In this document: piece after piece, positions 17,201-20,000 of the stretch
Layout of the letters: every line of letters starts with the position of its first letter
How positions within the stretch are numbered: position 1 is the first letter of the stretch
Translations under genes and position numbers: made by a program
DNA from: an uncultured virus (IMG/VR IMGVR_UViG_3300008459_007659)
Taxonomy: Duplodnaviria > Heunggongvirae > Uroviricota > Caudoviricetes
IMG/VR virus record: IMGVR_UViG_3300008459_007659
Coordinates: 110,563 to 130,562 of that record
Length of the DNA: 20,000 nucleotides
Strand: one strand, 5' to 3'
Notes under the pieces: generated by a model
Database searches by the model: none
What the model was told of the DNA's origin: nothing
What the model saw: the letters and a program-made list of their open reading frames with translations, nothing else

Positions 17201-18057
17201 TGGATTTAAAAGAAATTGCAAAGGAGATAAGAGAGATTATTGAAAACAAACAAAAGGAACTACAATTAACTTTTGAGGAAGATAGTCACACATACACAAT
17301 GATTGATTCATCGGGTAACTTGAGAAGTGATTGGCCGTCAGTATCAAAAGTGATGAAGTTATTTTATACCGAATTTGACTCGGATGGAATTGCTGAAAAG
17401 AAGGCTAAAGGTGACCCTGAAGAAAAGGCTCGTTTATTGAAAGAATGGTCAGATGCGGGAACCTATTCTACAAATATGGGTTCTAGAGTCCACTTCTTTC
17501 TTGAACAAAAATCCTTAGAAATGTTTGGAATTGAAAAGGAGGTTAGACAACCAATATTTGATTGTGATTTCACACAAATATTAAAGGGAGATTCTATGAT
17601 TCATGCGGGTACTGATTTTTTGGAATTGATGAAAGAAAGGGGAGCTGTATTATTGGATACTGAAATAGTATTAGGGTGTAATGAGATTGGATATGTTGGA
17701 CAACCAGATAAATTTTGGTTAATAATGAATAGAGAAGGTACTGAATTTGGTTTAATTATTACCGATTGGAAGACAAACAAAAAGAAAAATTTTGAGGATA
17801 ACATCTTTACCAAAAAAATGAAACCACCATTTCAAAGTTTGAGTGATAACGCCTTAGGGCACTACTTTACACAGTTACCGTTCTATTCAAAGTTAATATT
17901 GAAAATGTTAAAAGGTTCTAAGTATGAAAATACCAAATTATATGGTGGTATTATTGTTCATTTGAGTGATGAAGGTAAGTTTGAAGAATTTAGAGTACCT
18001 AAAGAAGTTATCAATACTATTTTGAATATGGATATGTCAAAATACTTGAAAAAATAA
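17200..18057 (+). CDS. PD-(D/E)XK exonuclease (RecB/Cas4-like superfamily)
   Basis: 285 aa. F.E..H.Y, SVS, GSRVH, TE, GQPD, ITDWKTN and Q..Y motifs. TAATG-coupled to the primase. Confidence 0.8.
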   Translation: MDLKEIAKEIREIIENKQKELQLTFEEDSHTYTMIDSSGNLRSDWPSVSKVMKLFYTEFDSDGIAEKKAKGDPEEKARLLKEWSDAGTYSTNMGSRVHFFLEQKSLEMFGIEKEVRQPIFDCDFTQILKGDSMIHAGTDFLELMKERGAVLLDTEIVLGCNEIGYVGQPDKFWLIMNREGTEFGLIITDWKTNKKKNFEDNIFTKKMKPPFQSLSDNALGHYFTQLPFYSKLILKMLKGSKYENTKLYGGIIVHLSDEGKFEEFRVPKEVINTILNMDMSKYLKK

Positions 18058-18074
18058 ATTAATTTAATTATAAT
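18046..18074 (+). promoter_or_regulatory. Near-consensus sigma70-like promoter TTGAAA-N17-TATAAT
   Basis: -35 at 18046-18051 and -10 at 18069-18074. The -10 lies inside an 18-bp perfect palindrome (18062-18079). ATG at 18080. Confidence 0.65.
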
Positions 18075-18079
18075 TAAAT

Positions 18080-18172
18080 ATGGAAAATTCAGTGGAATTA
18101 ATATGGGTATATACAACATCGTGGGATCACGAGTTACCATATAAAATAAAAATTAATTATATTATAAAATGA
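18080..18172 (+). CDS. Small hypothetical protein, 30 aa (MENSVELIWVYTTSWDHELPYKIKINYIIK), not in the ORF track
   Basis: Fills the gap between genes, lies directly behind a consensus promoter, and its TGA overlaps the next ATG (ATGA). Confidence 0.6.
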   Translation: MENSVELIWVYTTSWDHELPYKIKINYIIK

Positions 18173-18420
18173 AAATTAGAATGACAAGATCATATGAAAT
18201 GTGGGAATCATATGAACCAATTGAAATTAACCCAGAAGATTATCCTGAATTGGAAGGAATGACAAATGAAGAAATCATTGATTATTTGAATGAAAATATG
18301 TATGAATTTGAAATTAAAGATGGTTCAGAAGGAAGTTTAGTTGATGAAATTCAGTTTGGACAAGAAATTATTAAAGATAAAATGGGTGATGAAACATTCA
18401 CATTATATTTAGAAGATTAA
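18169..18420 (+). CDS. Highly acidic hypothetical protein
   Basis: 83 aa with 24 D/E versus 6 K/R by hand count. Confidence 0.75.
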   Translation: MKIRMTRSYEMWESYEPIEINPEDYPELEGMTNEEIIDYLNENMYEFEIKDGSEGSLVDEIQFGQEIIKDKMGDETFTLYLED

Positions 18421-18424
18421 AACT

Positions 18425-18640
18425 ATGGAAGATAATATTATTAGACCTAAAATTGATTTAAAACAACAAGAAACCGTTGAGTGTGAAAAATGTAAATGTA
18501 AATTCTTTAAGGAGGTTGTTTTAATTAAAAAAGTGCCTAAATTAATGACAGGAAGTTCGGAAGATACATTAGTACCATTCCCAACATATATGTGTAATGA
18601 TTGTGGTCATGTGAATATTGATTTTAAATTGTTTGATTAA
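18425..18640 (+). CDS. Small zinc-ribbon protein
   Basis: 71 aa with CEKC...CNDCGH (two CxxC motifs). Confidence 0.75.
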   Translation: MEDNIIRPKIDLKQQETVECEKCKCKFFKEVVLIKKVPKLMTGSSEDTLVPFPTYMCNDCGHVNIDFKLFD

Positions 18641-18641
18641 A

Positions 18642-18872
18642 ATGACACATAGAGAATTTTATATTTGGTTAGAAGGTTATCTTGCTGGTAAACTTGAAAA
18701 TAAACATATAGATATTACACCTATTGTTGAAAAAATGGGTGAAGTTATTAGTGATGAACAAAAGTGGATTGATGACTTCAAAAGATATAGAGATATTAAT
18801 CCATTACCAATAAAACCGAATCCGTATAACCCACCGTATGAAATTTATTGCGGTACAAAAGACACAGAATGA
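18642..18872 (+). CDS. Hypothetical phage protein (MTHREFYIWLEGYL...)
   Basis: ATG 18642, 1 nt after the upstream stop, is preferred over 18618. Its TGA overlaps the next ATG. Confidence 0.7.
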   Translation: MTHREFYIWLEGYLAGKLENKHIDITPIVEKMGEVISDEQKWIDDFKRYRDINPLPIKPNPYNPPYEIYCGTKDTE

Positions 18873-19648
18873 TAAAAAAAATAATACACTTTTCTGATTT
18901 ACACATTCGTCTTTATAAAGATCATGATTTGTATAAGTCAATAATGGAAGATGCGATTAACCAATGGAGAGAAATCAATCCTGATAGAATTGTATTCACT
19001 GGTGATTTGGTTCACTCTAAAAATCAAATGACTCCCGAACTTATTGAAATGGTTCGGTGGTTGCTTTTGGAATGTTCATTTATTGCACCAACAATCATTA
19101 TACCTGGTAATCACGATTTCCTTGTAAACAATGTTGAAAGATTAGACGCACTTACACCAATCATTAATTCGTTAAATAATAAAAACATTTTCTATTATAG
19201 AGATAGAGGTGTGTATGAAGATGAGAATATTAGTTGGTGTGTGTACTCGCAATATCAAGGGAATATTCCTCCTGATTTGAATGTTGCAACAGGAATAAAA
19301 GTGGGATTGTTTCACGGACCAATTCAAGGAATGAAAACCGATTTGGGATTTGACTTTGGAGAGGAGGCGTATGATGTTGAAAAGTTCAATGGACTTGATG
19401 TTGTATTATGTGGTGATATCCATAAAAGACAAGAATTTAACTTTAAAACGGGTAAAGGTTATATGATAGGTAGCCCAATACAACAAAATATTGGTGAAAG
19501 TATTGGTAGACATGGATATGGAGTTTATAATTTAGAAACAAAAGAATATAACTATACGGACTTATTCAACCCCAAGCCATTTTTAAAGTTTGAAATTAAA
19601 TCATTTGAGGATATTGAAAATGGAACCGAATTACTCAAAAATCTTTAA
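18869..19648 (+). CDS. sbcD: Mre11/SbcD/T4 gp47-like calcineurin-like metallophosphoesterase (recombination nuclease subunit)
   Basis: Motifs FSDLH, TGDLVH, PGNHD, FHG, CGDIH and GSPIQQNIGE. ATG 18869 forms an ATGA overlap and is preferred over 18848. Confidence 0.82.
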   Translation: MIKKIIHFSDLHIRLYKDHDLYKSIMEDAINQWREINPDRIVFTGDLVHSKNQMTPELIEMVRWLLLECSFIAPTIIIPGNHDFLVNNVERLDALTPIINSLNNKNIFYYRDRGVYEDENISWCVYSQYQGNIPPDLNVATGIKVGLFHGPIQGMKTDLGFDFGEEAYDVEKFNGLDVVLCGDIHKRQEFNFKTGKGYMIGSPIQQNIGESIGRHGYGVYNLETKEYNYTDLFNPKPFLKFEIKSFEDIENGTELLKNL

Positions 19649-20000
19649 TAAAAAAACAATGCAGACAGTGTCTGCATTTTGTGAATTAAACAAAATTGAC
19701 GATATAGATAAATTCATCAAAAAATGTTTTACTGATGGATTTAATATTGAAAAATACGGACTTTTGGGAGAAACACTTAATGAAGGTGAAAAAGACTTAA
19801 AAACGGATGTTGTTGAGGAAAAACAATTAATAAAAGAAGTGATTGTTGAAAAACGGGTGGAAGTTCCTATTGAGGTTATCAAAGAGGTGGAGAAAATAGT
19901 TGAGGTGGTTAGAGAAGTACCCATTGAAATTATTAAGGAAGTCCCTGTTGAAAAAGTTGTCACAAAAATAGAATATATTAGTGACAAGTCTAGTGAGAAC
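19620..20000 (+). CDS. 3'-truncated hypothetical protein with V/I/E/K/P-rich alveolin/articulin-like repeats, not in the ORF track
   Basis: Open frame from ATG 19620 (alternative ATG 19659) to the window end: MEPNYSKIFNKKTMQTVSAFCELNKIDD...KEVIVEKRVEVPIEVIKEVEKIVEVVREVPIEIIKEVPVEKVVTKIEY... Confidence 0.8.
   Translation, partial: MEPNYSKIFNKKTMQTVSAFCELNKIDDIDKFIKKCFTDGFNIEKYGLLGETLNEGEKDLKTDVVEEKQLIKEVIVEKRVEVPIEVIKEVEKIVEVVREVPIEIIKEVPVEKVVTKIEYISDKSSEN

Noticed and set aside
164..18140. Other short ORFs nested in long genes (164, 665, 2402, 10934, 11333, 11576, 12965, 15661, 16063, 16358, 17601, 17958)
   Set aside because: They overlap better-supported CDSs fully or largely and have no recognisable motifs.
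19631..19987. 118-aa minus-strand ORF rich in S/T/I
   Set aside because: Antisense shadow of the + strand EVP-repeat gene (19620 to window end), which fits the operon direction.
1..20000. Stop-codon reassignment, as seen in some large phages
   Set aside because: Genes are long and tile the window under the standard code. TAA and TGA act as stops with coupling overlaps. No called gene ends in TAG, but no gene is visibly broken by TAG either, so recoding is unsupported here.
1..20000. tRNA, rRNA, introns, inteins or transposases
   Set aside because: Intergenic gaps are under 100 bp and AT-rich, and no cloverleaf, splicing or transposase motifs were recognised by eye.

Overview
AT-rich, densely coding window that looks like part of a large tailed-phage (Caudoviricetes) genome, spanning the end of a virion/tail module and the start of a DNA-metabolism module. 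Bases 1-14162 (+) encode large Cys/Thr/Ser/Gly-rich putative virion proteins: a truncated baseplate-like protein, two proteins with SprB-like repeats, a small Ig-like protein, two paralogous beta-roll-like fibres built from 15-aa 'STxxGG-xx-NTSS-xxx' repeats (53 and 17 copies), a 'DAFGRLR' protein and a split tail-collar/baseplate-like protein. Next come a RuvC-like resolvase, a terminator hairpin and an inverted two-gene structural cassette. The last block holds a DnaG-type primase, a PD-(D/E)XK nuclease, several small proteins (including an unlisted 30-aa ORF and a very acidic 83-aa protein), an Mre11/SbcD-like nuclease and a truncated protein with alveolin-like EVP repeats. Best candidate for a new system: two adjacent proteins end in the same 8-residue-periodic triple F-Q/M tag, and exactly two fibres with a shared N-terminal domain follow, suggesting a modular peptide-tag/fibre docking system with repeat-variable fibres. 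Two promoter-like motif classes are visible: TATTTAT(A) before structural genes and TTGA..-N17-TATA(A/T)T close to the ATG of DNA-metabolism genes. All family assignments come from motif recognition by eye; no searches were run.
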